Shown: positions 51,414-63,500, counted from the first letter of the whole stretch. The stretch: 63,500 bases of DNA, filler included, from Octopus bimaculoides (GCF_001194135.2; 8 parts of 7 records of this genome joined end to end with filler, not necessarily neighbours in it), one strand, 5' to 3'. The notes: generated by a model from the sequence alone, not told the origin. Program-made: numbers and translations.

Positions 51414-52663
51414 ACATATATGCTTATGTGTGTGAGTATGTGTGTGTGTGTGTGTGTGTGTGTGCATGTGTGTATATGCAAGTGTATATATTCCCCTAAA
51501 TCTACGTATAAATGTATATCTATATATGTCTCTATGTACACCTGTATAAAAGTGTTCGTAATTATATACACATCTGCTGGATAGGAAATATAATAGCTTT
51601 GCAGTAAAGTTCAAATCTGATTCACACATCTGTAGAATATTGAATCAATTTTCGCGAAAGTTTCTGTTCGATTCATAACAAGGAATTGAAGTTAAGGTCA
51701 AGAACTGAAGAATTCTTGCGTCATTGAAGCATTCAGAGGTAAAGTAACGCTATTCAGCTTTCAGAGAGGTCAATGGTTTACGAGTGTAAACGTCTACTTA
51801 ATGTTTTCCTATCATCTAAGTACATAGAGCTAAATGTCAAAATTGAAAGGATATACATTGATGTGTAATGAATTGAAATCTAACTCATATTACATTTGTA
51901 TTCATATATGCGTGTGTCTGTTTCTATTTATTTGCCTATGTGTTCAAATATGTATAGGTGTGTTTATGCATATTTGCATGTATATATGATTGTATCTTGG
52001 TTTGTGTGTATTTGTGAATGTATATGAATATGTTTTGTAACGTTTAAAAATCATCGAATGGAGCAAAGTGTTTCTCTTTTATGGGATTTCGACAAGTATT
52101 ATTAGATAGTCTACTACAATTATATGAAGCACTCTTTAATTTTTCAATTCGTGATTTTCATTATTTTTTTTAATCTCTCCACTTCTTTATCTCTCTCTCT
52201 CTCTCTCTCTCTCTNNNNNNNNNNNNNNNNNNNNNNNNNNNNNNNNNNNNNNNNNNNNNNNNNNNNNNNNNNNNNNNNNNNNNNNNNNNNNNNNNNNNNN
52301 NNNNNNNNNNNNNNNNNNNNNNNNNNNNNNNNNNNNNNNNNNNNNNNNNNNNNNNNNNNNNNNNNNNNNNNNNNNNNNNNNNNNNNNNNNNNNNNNNNNN
52401 NNNNNNNNNNNNNNNNNNNNNNNNNNNNNNNNNNNNNNNNNNNNNNNNNNNNNNNNNNNNNNNNNNNNNNNNNNNNNNNNNNNNNNNNNNNNNNNNNNNN
52501 NNNNNNNNNNNNNNNNNNNNNNNNNNNNNNNNNNNNNNNNNNNNNNNNNNNNNNNNNNNNNNNNNNNNNNNNNNNNNNNNNNNNNNNNNNNNNNNNNNNN
52601 NNNNNNNNNNNNNNNNNNNNNNNNNNNNNNNNNNNNNNNNNNNNNNNNNNNNNNNNNNNNNNN

Positions 52664-52851
52664 GACCGTTGACTGAACACTATTCAATTTTTTTTCTCCG
52701 CGTTTTTCTCCTTGTCTCCGTATTCTTTCTGTTGAAGAGCGTAGCTCGAAACGTCAAAGACTTTCCGTATTCCCGAGCGTCATACTAATACATCCTTTTG
52801 TTGTTTACACCACCTGTCCTCGTCTGTTGTTGTTTTTTCGTACTTTCTCCC
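52664..52851 (+). mobile_element. ~190-nt HHR-bearing repeat (inverted partner of 46935-47125)
   Basis: See 46935; 5' end abuts an N gap, 3' end runs into (AT)n. Confidence 0.8.
52724..52760 (+). ncRNA. Minimal type I hammerhead, U6 variant
   Basis: Identical 37-nt motif to 47025-47061; predicted cleavage after 52755. Confidence 0.7.
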
Positions 52852-53848
52852 ATATATATAAGCATACTCGCACTCGCGCACACGCACACACACATGAGCG
52901 CACATATACATATACACGCGTACATACACGCACACACATATATACACACATGCACGCACGCACATGTGAATGCACATACACCTCCACACATACAACACAC
53001 ACATATATGCACCTACATACACACACATGCGTACATACACTTCCACACTCACTCATGCGCACATACACACCCCACCATACGCACGCACGAACACGCACAC
53101 AAAGCAAACGCGTGTAAACAGTAAATACCACACACACATGCGCACACACACATACACACAGTTAACACCACAGGCACACATGCTACCACGTACAAACACA
53201 TTCATTCACCGCCTCACACACTCCAACCAGTACCACCACAAGCACATACGCTATCACGTACACACACAGTTACTGCCACACACACATATTACCATACACA
53301 CACACAGTATCACAGATCCATGCCACCACGCGCGTACTCACACACACACTCACTTACTGGCACACACACACACACTACCATACACACACCTGGTTCAAAC
53401 CAACAAGACACCACCACCACACGCACATACTCAGTTACTGGCAAATACACTTGCTACCACACACACACACACACACACACACTATCACATACACGCACAT
53501 TCCATCACAGACACACGTGCAAACACATGCACATACACACAGATACCAACCATTTCTCCCATTCACCTGTCTTAGAAAGCACTTTCTCTTTGTCCATCTG
53601 TTTCCGGTCTTTTCGGGTCAGTTGTGAATTGTAAAACATAACTGTCACCCTGCTACTTGAACCTGAAGATTGCATGGTTTAATGCATGAAAGTACTTGTT
53701 CAATCTGAATGGGCATTTAATATTCTATCATTTCATTATATTATATTATAATAAGATCGTAAATAAAACATGAGAAGCAGACAAAGTTGGAATTTCTTTG
53801 AGTAATGTACTTCTATACATTATCATACATACCCATGTGTGTATATAT

Positions 53849-54208
53849 ATATATTATTTTGTTTAAACGAGTTCCAACACTGTCTGTTTTTTATGTTTTA
53901 TTTATATTCCTGCAGAACCAATGTGGGGCATAGAATATGGAAGCCCTGAAACTCGAGTCGCCTTTATATATTTATATTTATATTTATATATTTGATCCTT
54001 TATATTGAACACTCAATATTTCATCTACATTCAGTACTTTATTTCATGGTGCCATCCATTTTTATTTTATTTTATTTTATATTATATATTGTATATTATA
54101 TTATATATTGTATATTCCATATTCTATACCCCACATTGGTTCTGCAGGAATATAAATAAAACATAAAAAACAGACAGTGTTGGAACTCTTTTAAACAAAA
54201 TAATATAT
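53849..54208. mobile_element. Foldback/MITE-like element with 94-bp terminal inverted repeats
   Basis: 53849-53942 is the reverse complement of 54115-54208 with about 2 mismatches; AT-rich spacer of about 170 bp. Confidence 0.8.
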
Positions 54209-54531
54209 TCCTCTAAACACAATCATACAAAAAAACCNNNNNNNNNNNNNNNNNNNNNNNNNNNNNNNNNNNNNNNNNNNNNNNNNNNNNNNNNNNNNNN
54301 NNNNNNNNNNNNNNNNNNNNNNNNNNNNNNNNNNNNNNNNNNNNNNNNNNNNNNNNNNNNNNNNNNNNNNNNNNNNNNNNNNNNNNNNNNNNNNNNNNNN
54401 NNNNNNNNNNNNNNNNNNNNNNNNNNNNNNNNNNNNNNNNNNNNNNNNNNNNNNNNNNNNNNNNNNNNNNNNNNNNNNNNNNNNNNNNNNNNNNNNNNNN
54501 NNNNNNNNNNNNNNNNNNNNNNNNNNNNNNN

Positions 54532-54572
<41 letters not shown>

Positions 54573-54584
54573 TATTATGTTATA

Positions 54585-55015
54585 TTCTACTACAGGCACA
54601 AGGCCTAAAATTTTTTGGGGGTGGGAGTGGCAGTCGATTATATCGACCCAAGTTCGCAATTGGTACATAATTCATCGACGCCAATGGGAAGAAAGTCAAA
54701 GTCGACCTCGGCGGAATTTGAACTCGGAACGTATATTATATTATATTATATTATATTATATCATATGCCTTCAGTAGAAGACATTTGATCCAAGTGCCAC
54801 GCATTTGGAATGAAATTCAAACCATGTGGATGGGAAAGAAACTTGTGTCTGCGTTTGTGTTTGTCCCCCCGCACCACCACCACAACTGCTTGACAACTAG
54901 AGTCTGATAGTATAAGTACCAGAATTTAAAAAACGTGAGCCGGAGTCGATTCTTTCGACTACAAGCATTTCCCCAGCATGGCCACAGTCCATAGATTAAA
55001 ACTAGTAAACGATAA
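54585..55015. mobile_element. SINE cluster: S3 (-), S1 fragment (-), S2 (+)
   Basis: Recognisable cores at about 54585-54730, 54768-54842 and 54845-55015. Confidence 0.7.
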
Positions 55016-56911
55016 AATAAATAAGAATATATACACGTACATATATACAGATTGAGAGAGAGAAAGAGAGACGTTTAAACTATTGTGAATCTCAAATTGT
55101 GCATGATGGACCACCTTTATATATCTTCAAACTGGTTTCTAATCTGGATTGATTGTAATTTTGTCCTTTCTTTCTTTTGTCCTGTATTTCCTTTTTTGCA
55201 TTTCCTCTCTGCTCTATGCTTATATTCTGTCTGTGCGAAACGATGCTCATAATCTCTTAGTTAAAGGCGGAAACTTCTTATATCTTCGTTTTATTGTCCT
55301 GCTTCATAGTAGGCCCCCGGTGATGACTGCACTGTTGATGAACGAGTTTCCTGTTTCTAAGCTGGTTCTCCGTAGAGCTGTAACTAATGGTCTTAACATC
55401 ATTATTATTATTATCCTACTTTCTATTAACTGCTTTTCTGCCGTGACGTTTTCCTCTTCCAGAATATCGCAACGCTAACATTTGTTAAACGTTGTTAGGA
55501 CATTCTCTCTCAACCTTTCACATGTAATAACCTGAAACACGTTTATCAAACTTGAACATATTTGTTAATTTGTTAACCCTGAACATTCTAACGTAGAAGA
55601 GTCTTGTAAAGCCCAGTTCCTTTGTACATAAATACATTTTCACTAACTTAGAACTATCTTGTAGTCTATGGGTCATTTTATATATGTTTTCTATTGAAAA
55701 TGTTATTAACGCTGAATGTCCTCACTAACGTAGAACTGTCTTGTAAACCGAGGATACTTTTATACATACTTTCTGCTAAATACTTTTGTTAATGTGTCAA
55801 GGCCGACAGTTAGCGGTGCAGCTTCCTAGTATTATTCCCTTCAGGGGACTGTCATATTAAGTTGACAGTATACAACTACTTCATCGTATCACTACTGCAT
55901 AAATCTCTCTGAGAAATTTAGAAATGTATTATTTCTATTTTTGTTAACGATTGATATTTTCACTAACCTAGAACTAACTATATTGTAACACTTTGGTGCA
56001 CTTACGCATGTTTTCCGTTGAACGCTGTTTTTAACCACAAACATTTTAAAAACTCACTATTTTTAGACAGTCTTTATTTACAACGAACACATATATGAAT
56101 ATTCTGTAAGATGGACCTAATTCTATCCGAAAAGAAAAAAATTATTCTTTGTTTCTAAAGAAAAATAACGATGAAGNNNNNNNNNNNNNNNNNNNNNNNN
56201 NNNNNNNNNNNNNNNNNNNNNNNNNNNNNNNNNNNNNNNNNNNNNNNNNNNNNNNNNNNNNNNNNNNNNNNNNNNNNNNNNNNNNNNNNNNNNNNNNNNN
56301 NNNNNNNNNNNNNNNNNNNNNNNNNNNNNNNNNNNNNNNNNNNNNNNNNNNNNNNNNNNNNNNNNNNNNNNNNNNNNNNNNNNNNNNNNNNNNNNNNNNN
56401 NNNNNNNNNNNNNNNNNNNNNNNNNNNNNNNNNNNNNNNNNNNNNNNNNNNNNNNNNNNNNNNNNNNNNNNNNNNNNNNNNNNNNNNNNNNNNNNNNNNN
56501 NNNNNNNNNNNNNNNNNNNNNNNNNNNNNNNNNNNNNNNNNNNNNNNNNNNNNNNNNNNNNNNNNNNNNNNNNNNNNNNNNNNNNNNNNNNNNNNNNNNN
56601 NNNNNNNNNNNNNNNNNNNNNNNNNNNNNNNNNNNNNNNNNNNNNNNNNNNNNNNNNNNNNNNNNNNNNNNNNNNNNNNNNNNNNNNNNNNNNNNNNNNN
56701 NNNNNNNNNNNNNNNNNNNNNNNNNNNNNNNNNNNNNNNNNNNNNNNNNNNNNNNNNNNNNNNNNNNNNNNNNNNNNNNNNNNNNNNNNNNNNNNNNNNN
56801 NNNNNNNNNNNNNNNNNNNNNNNNNNNNNNNNNNNNNNNNNNNNNNNNNNNNNNNNNNNNNNNNNNNNNNNNNNNNNNNNNNNNNNNNCATTTTTATTTC
56901 TTCTCTTCCAG

Positions 56912-57013
56912 GTGAGCTACACATTCTGTAAAGATTTCCTCTCGGCCTTACTCAAGAGTATGAGCTCAACACAATTTGGCAGCACGTCAGTTTTCATCAA
57001 AGCCTTCCAGAGG
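56912..57013 (+). CDS. Candidate 102-nt phase 0-0 exon (VSYTFCKDFLSALLKSMSSTQFGSTSVFIKAFQR), product unknown
   Basis: Very strong acceptor tttttatttcttctcttccag, donor AGG|gtaagt, only phase 0 is open, length divisible by 3. Confidence 0.5.
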
Positions 57014-57699
57014 GTAAGTTTCTAAAAGGCGACTATGAAATATTTTTTTCTTGTGATCAGATACATCCTTCCAAAGCAGCTGCATTGTAATAATCTCTTT
57101 TCACCAATCGAAAATATCGGGTCAGTTATATCTAGGTCAGCACTAGCGAAGCCGACCTGTAAACAAAAATATCCCACTGTGTTTGTGTTGTTGTGATGCA
57201 TCGCTGAACACGTCATTCTCGTCTCAAGTCAGCGGAGGCCAATTTAAAATAACCTTGGCTGTTATACGTTTAGTTAAACGTTTTGTCTATGAGGTACGAT
57301 GGCTTTATAGTGGCACAATTTCAGTACATTACACCGTACAAACAAAACATTTTATTTCTTCAATGTTACTTAACCAGGTCAAAATATCAGGGCATCTCAA
57401 ATCACCTTCATTTCAATGTATCGGTTCTTTTGTGAACATACATCGTCGGAAATGAGAGTTTGTTATCCGAAGATGAAAGGTAACATCGAATTTGCTAGAA
57501 CTATTAAAAATGAGCATGTACGCCATTATTCTATGTACTTTAGCCTATTTTGAAATAGTTTTATGCTTAGACTCCTGGAGGTGGCTTCATTAGATTTTTG
57601 TCTTTAGCGGATGATAAAAATGCACATTATAAATATCTCTGTGATACTGTAATTTAATAACTGTTATTTATTCTATTATAATATTTATAAATGTAGTTT

Positions 57700-57900
57700 A
57701 AGGCGGCGAAACTGTTAGAACACCGGGCAAAATGTTTAGCATCATTTCGTCCGCTTTACGTTCTGTGTTCAAATTCTGCCGAGTTCTATTTTGCCTTTCA
57801 CCTTTCCGGAGTCGATAAAATGAGTACCAGTTGAACACTGGGTCGATATAATAGACTTATCCTCAGCCTAAAATTGCTGGCCTTGTTCTAGAATTTGGAA
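57700..57900 (+). mobile_element. SINE S3 (older copy)
   Basis: GGCGGCGAA...GTTCAAATTCTGCCGAG...GTCGATAAAATGAGTACCAG. Confidence 0.8.
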
Positions 57901-58463
57901 ACAATATTTATTGGTGTAACTTCGTTTTGTGTTTATTATTACGACTAGAAAAAAAATCAGGTTCGTATTTATTGTAATTATTAGATTGTTTATATGTTAA
58001 AGATTTTTCTAATTCTCTCCATATCCTAACCGTTAGTATTATGGGATACAAATCCATTATCTCTTTATAGCTTTACGTTAGTGCATTCTAGTCTGCTTCT
58101 CAGTGAATAATCCGATGAGATCTGCTATTTGCGCAAAAGCGCATCTACTTGCTCATATAGCAACGCGTCCATTTCTATTCTTCTCGGCCTACAGCGATTT
58201 AAGGAAGAATAGTGACTCTCTTGCGTTCAATGTTAATATTTGTATCAGTGTCGTTTAAGGTGATGCATATTTTCCAAATTCTAAAACGTTCGTGGTAGAA
58301 GACTTCTAAAAACAGATAATTGTATTCTTCAATGTTAATTAAAATGAATTTACTGATCGATTTATCTTGAATACTCTTAACCTTGTGAATCGTGGTAATA
58401 CCACAATTACATTGTGTTACGTTTGATATTTGTTTAACGTTTATGTTTATAGAATACAGTGTT

Positions 58464-59748
58464 CAGAGGATTGTCAGATAAATTACTTCGATTTTTCCCC
58501 ATATATTTTAATCCATATTTTTCATCAACAATTCGAACCTATCAATCAATAATGTATTCTCCTTCATTGTTCGCTACCTCTTGGCAATATTCCACTCGCA
58601 TGTGAAAGCCTTGACGGTAGAAATCATCGTGTCTTGACTCGAACAAATCTGTGATCACCGTTTTCAGCCTCAAAACGTTAGTTATTGATCAAAATGCCTG
58701 GCAGACTTTTAGAGAACAACCTAAAAAAGATAATAATTTGAAGGCACTTTATCAGGAGAATATGGGGCTGGGGGTGCGGTAGAACCCTGCAAGGGAGCTC
58801 TTCAATATCGCTTCTGGTCAAATTAGCGACATGGAGCGAACGTTGTTGTGTCCAAGAATGATGCAATGTTGTGTCACTGGACGAGTCGTTTCAGCTGGAA
58901 GGCTTCGCTGAAACGATGCATTTGCTGACGGTAAAGCTTTTAGCCTTTACCAGTCTTGTCAAACACGGACGACTGATTTCTGTAAATGCAGTTCTGGCTT
59001 TGTTCGAGCTGTTGCGTGCTTGCTGAGCCGTAGTCATTGTTATCTCTGCTACATTTTAACTTAAACATACCACTTTTGAACGCCAGTCACGATACAGTAA
59101 AGAAATTTATGTTTGTGCTTACGAGTAGTCCGGTGTCAATTGACCAAACTGGTGGTGGTCGAAAAACCCTGGAGTTTGTTTCTGCTGTTCAGATTAGAGA
59201 GTGTGGCACTTATACACCGTGATTTTTAACCTTACCCGTTGAAATAAGGTGACGGGAGACGGATGATGGCACCATGACAGCTACACTTATTTGGACCAAT
59301 TATCTCGTGGATTTATACAGAAACTCGTTGATTGGTTCGTACATTCGATCCTCATTGAATTGGCTAGGTTAGCTTGAACAGTCTGAGAGTCTTTGAAGTT
59401 TTAAACCATTTCTGTGCAGTTTTTTCAATGATAGCACCGTCTCCGTACACAGCACAAATGTCACCAGCCGCTTTAACAACTTTCGAGCCTTCACTGAAAT
59501 TAAAGAGAGACGGTGTCTAAAATGCACGTTTATTGTTTGTTTTTGTTTTGTTTGTTTTTTTCCTTTTTTTTTTCATGACACCACATCGTCATATGCCTGA
59601 CAAAAGGTGAAATTTATTCAACTTCCAAAAACGTAGAGAAAAAACAAACCTTTAAATAAACCTTAAAACACTATGAGGAAAATATTTTTCGCGTTAATTC
59701 AAATGGCATTGGATAAAAAAAAAATAAAGAATTTATGACAATCCAATA
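58464..59748 (-). mobile_element. Near full-length decayed mariner (~1.29 kb)
   Basis: Minus-strand N-terminus 'RHLSLFNFSEGSKVVKAAGDICAVYGDGAIIEKTAQKWF' and C-terminal 'HVANLTRSDIEELPCRVLPHP'. Degenerate TIRs GGATTGTCA at both ends. Confidence 0.8.
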
Positions 59749-59944
59749 TTTTGATGACTAAACACATTTCACTTCTCATTAGATTGTTTAGGCTACAGTT
59801 GTTTCGTTGAAATAATTACCTCTCTTTGATCAGAGGCTAGGTGTGATATCTCCTATAATGTTTCGGTTACACATTTAATGTGTTCTCCTAGCAAAGCATC
59901 TAATTATTTCTTTTTAATGCTTCCTTCATCTAAATTATTCCTCT

Positions 59945-60060
59945 TCAAACAACTTCCCTTTGAATTAACATTCTGCAGTATTTATGTCATCCACTTTAAT
60001 TATCAAACAACTTCCCTTTGAATTAACATTCTGCAGTATTTATGTCATCCACTTTCATTA
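59945..60060. repeat. 58-bp tandem duplication
   Basis: TCAAACAACTTCCCTTTGAATTAACATTCTGCAGTATTTATGTCATCCACTTT repeated at 59945 and 60003. Confidence 0.95.
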
Positions 60061-60335
60061 TTTCCTCTCAATTACAATTTGGTCACTTCCATTTCATTGA
60101 TCACAGTTTTTAATAGTGAATTAAATTCCATATACGCTCATCATGTCGCACTTAATGCGCTACCTTGAATTTTGGTGGACGTTTTCATTGTTATCTTAAA
60201 ATGCAATCTGAATGACTTGTATAGAACGTTGAAATATAATGTGCGGACAAAGGGAACTGTAACCGCAAGATTTTNNNNNNNNNNAGGCGACAGCTTCCAC
60301 GAAAGGCGCCGTTTTCACATAATTTCTTCCTTTAT

Positions 60336-60495
60336 GCGTAGGCGTGGCTGTGTGTTAAGAAGCTTCCTTCTCAACCACATAGTTCCGGGTTCAATCCCAC
60401 TGCGTGGCAAATTGGGCATGTGTCTCCTACTATAACCTCGGGCCGAGCAAGGCTCTGTGAGTGGATTTGGTAGATGAAAACTGAAAGAAGCACGT

Positions 60496-60548
<53 letters not shown>

Positions 60549-60750
60549 CCCTCCACCATCGCTTGACAACCGATCTTGGTTTATTTACCTCCCCGTAACT
60601 TAGAGGTTCGGAAAGGTGACCAATAGGATAAGTGCTAGGCTTCTAAAGACTAACTACTAGAGTCGATTTGTTTGAGTAAAGGCAGTGCTCCAGCGTGGCC
60701 GTAGTCAAATGACTGGCATAAGTAAAAGAATAAAAGAATAAAAGAATAAA
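60336..60750 (+). mobile_element. Complete S1-(GT)n-S2 composite SINE
   Basis: tRNA head and CORE-like body, (GT)n linker, S2 arm, (TAAAAGAA)n tail. Confidence 0.88.
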
Positions 60751-60904
60751 TGTGTGGCAAATACGTTTGTATGTATGTATGTATCTATCTATGTGGAAAA
60801 ATGCATTGATAGATGGATGGAGCAGCGTGTATATGCGTGCGCTTGTGCGTGTATGTATGTGTGCGTGTGTGTATGTGTGCATGTGTGATCAGGTGAGGTA
60901 AGGG

Positions 60905-61295
60905 AGTAAGCGCCACTGTAGTTCGTCGCTGCATCCACTATTTGTCGCTATCTACTCAGATCGTCCTTGGCAACCCTCAGACTGGTTTCCCTGTCAGATC
61001 TCATCTCTGCGAAATAGTTCCTTATCTGCCATGACCATGAAGCTTGTAGCCGACCAACAAGAGCTGTCACCCCAGTCGGATCCTCAGAAAACAGAATGCA
61101 GTACGCAGGATGCAGCTCAGAAACTCGAGCAGCAACTCAGAACAGTCTAAGGTGATTCACCTGAATCATACAAATAACAGCACGCATCCTTGGTTCTGAG
61201 TATAGTCGTTGGTTGGATAGGAAAGCCGAGAAATAGGTCTGGTACCAAAGGGGTTCTGGTAGTAAAGGAGTCCAGGCGGCCCCTAAGGCCGCCAG
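60905..61295 (-). mobile_element. RTE-clade LINE 3' end
   Basis: 'LSNQRLYSEPRMRAVICMI...LRLF.VAARV...PAYCILFSEDP...GRLQASWSWQI...VDAAT'. Confidence 0.8.
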
Positions 61296-61437
61296 GCAGT
61301 CCTGTGTGGTTGGGTGCATGCCTGTGTAAGTATGTGTATATTCTTGCCGATGCATAACGATGAAGGTTTTAAATCATCAGAAAATAAACTCCAACAGTGT
61401 TGCTATTCCACCAATGACCTATACGATACTTGTAGTG

Positions 61438-61765
61438 ATGGCGCGTAGCTTAATGGTTATGGTTTTCGCCTAATAATCGTAAGGTCGTGAGTTCGATTCC
61501 TGTTGACTCGTTGTGTCGTTTAGCAAGACACTTCATTTCACATTGCTCCAGTCTACTCATCTGGCAAAAATGAGTAATAGCACATGTACTTCAAACGGCT
61601 ATCTTTGTAACTTTCTGTGTCATGCTGCATCTTCCTAAGAACTACGTTAAGGGTACGCGAGTCTGTGGAGTGCTCAGCCACTTGCACGTTAATTTCACGA
61701 GCGGGCTGATCCGTTGATAGGATCAACAGAGACAATCCCCGTCGTAACTGACGAAGTGCTAGTGT
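61438..61765 (+). mobile_element. tRNA-derived CORE-like SINE, modules HB+T1
   Basis: Head with GTTCGATTCC B box, AGCAAGACACTT...CTCCAGTCTACTCATCTGG, then a T1 module matching 23930-24110. Confidence 0.85.
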
Positions 61766-62118
61766 ACGATACTTGTTATGCCCTTAATAATAGACATTCC
61801 CTTGACGCTCACCAAAAGAAGTATACAGAACTAATTATTTGTCTATTGGATATCTATAGCTAATCTACCGTTGTTCACCAATTATGATATAAAATGAATA
61901 CACTGCATAAGAGACACAGAAATATCTATTAGATATGTGCATGTGTGCGTTAAAATAATTGCTTAAAATCGTTGAAATTAGTTTTAATATATACTAGGTC
62001 ATATGACATTATTTCACGCGACTTACCAGTTTGAAAAGAAATATCTCATTTTCTCCCATCCTACATATTTCTCTTGTCTATTCATTTATATATTAATGAA
62101 TATTTCTTTCTGTCACTA

Positions 62119-62163
<45 letters not shown>

Positions 62164-62168
62164 GTCTG

Positions 62169-62217
<49 letters not shown>

Positions 62218-62609
62218 GGAATGCTACCTTGGACACGCATCTAGACTATGTGGGCAGAGATAGGAATAGACGGGGATGCAAATGCCTCAAAGACCTGCTC
62301 AGACGCTTTCAACTGTCTGACAGGTACCGACTCGACTACCNNNNNNNNNNNNNNNNNNNNNNNNNNNNNNNNNNNNNNNNNNNNTTAATTAATTAANNNN
62401 NNNNNNNNNNNNNNNNNNNNNNNNNNNNNNNNNNNNNNNNTATATATTAATAAATATATATATAAAATAAATATATATATATATATAAATAAATATGTAT
62501 CTAAATAAATATATATATAAAATAAATTCATATATATATATATGTATGTATATACATAAATATATTTAAATATAAATAAATATATAAATAAATTAATACA
62601 TATAAATAA

Positions 62610-62640
<31 letters not shown>

Positions 62641-62735
62641 TATATATATAAATATATATAAATAAATATATATTTATAAATATATATAAATAAATAAATA
62701 TAAATAAATAAATATACATATATAAATATATATAT

Positions 62736-62766
<31 letters not shown>

Positions 62767-62926
62767 AATATATCCTCATAATGTAGTGGTTTGGAAATAG
62801 AGACTGATGAAATAAGAACCAGAATTAAAGAAGAAGTGCAGGGGTGAATTCATGGTGCCCCAGTATAATGTCAAATAATGATAAAATTACATTACGGTTT
62901 ATAACATCAAAAACCTCTATACCAAA

Positions 62927-63398
62927 CACTAAGTGGACTGGTGGGTAAAGGTGAGTGTAGATGAACTGGGTAACGGGGATGTTCAAAGCTGCTCTGTCCT
63001 GCCTTCAATCCTGACCGGGATTAGAGAAGGATGTGAGAGTATTTTTATTTATTTTTTTCATTTAAACAAAAATATTAAAAAATATATTTCTACATAGAGA
63101 TTGAAACCTCTATCTTCATACAAGTTTGTTAGTTAAGTTACTAAAACCTTTAACCATTAGGCCACCAAACCAGCACCTGAAAGACAGATTGAAAAATGAG
63201 ATATTTAAATCTATTTTTATTATTCATTGACACTATTATAGCTTTAAGTATCTCATTTTTGACAGCAATTAGTGGGAGGACACTGTAGACTAGTAGGTAA
63301 AGGTGAAAGTAGATGAACTGTGTGAGGGGGACGTTCTGAACTGTCCTGTCCAGGGTTCAAACCTGGTCAGGATGAGGGAAGAAGATTAGTTTTTTTTA
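62927..63398. repeat. Three diverged Pol III-type (A box/B box) units in +,-,+ orientation
   Basis: Units 62927-63058 and 63281-63398 are homologous and end in T runs. 63098-63178 on the minus strand has GGTGGCCTAATGGTTAAAG and GGTTTCAATC. Confidence 0.5.
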
Positions 63399-63500
63399 AA
63401 TTATATTATATTTGTAAATATTTTATATATATTTTTTTCCTTTATACAAATATATACATATATATAACATAAAAGATATGTATATGTATATATATATCAA

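Noticed and set aside
61438-61505. tRNA-like sequence (also 23723, 28049, 18745)
   Set aside because: Incomplete cloverleaf continuing into SINE bodies: SINE heads, not tRNA genes.

Overview
AT-rich eukaryotic genomic DNA from a gapped draft scaffold, dense in microsatellites and transposable elements. The SINE repertoire looks like Octopus (coleoid cephalopod); this is recognition from memory, not a database match. There is no complete protein-coding gene, rRNA, true tRNA gene or CRISPR array. Almost all long ORFs in the track are microsatellite or N-gap artefacts. The window holds a nested TE graveyard (R4/Dong-like, RTE and Penelope-like retroelements; mariner, hAT and Merlin-like DNA transposons; a probable solo LTR), many tRNA-derived SINEs with shuffled modules, and a few isolated exon candidates. 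The most striking signal is a set of minimal type I hammerhead ribozyme (HHR) motifs. One lies inside a 328-bp tRNA-headed SINE flanked by a 10-bp target-site duplication (18745-19072). Four more belong to a ~190-nt repeat family with an unusual U at core position 6 (47025-47061 and 52724-52760 well paired; 50857-50894 and 16148-16185 decayed). All share the loop-less palindromic ACGU stem III typical of Penelope-associated dimeric hammerheads. This suggests, by inference only, a Penelope-mobilised SINE/retrozyme system. Working SINE labels used below (mine): S1 = tRNA-head/CORE-like left arm; S2 = its right arm; S3 = Deu/Nin-like SINE; HA and HB = two 5' modules; T1 and T2 = two 3' modules.
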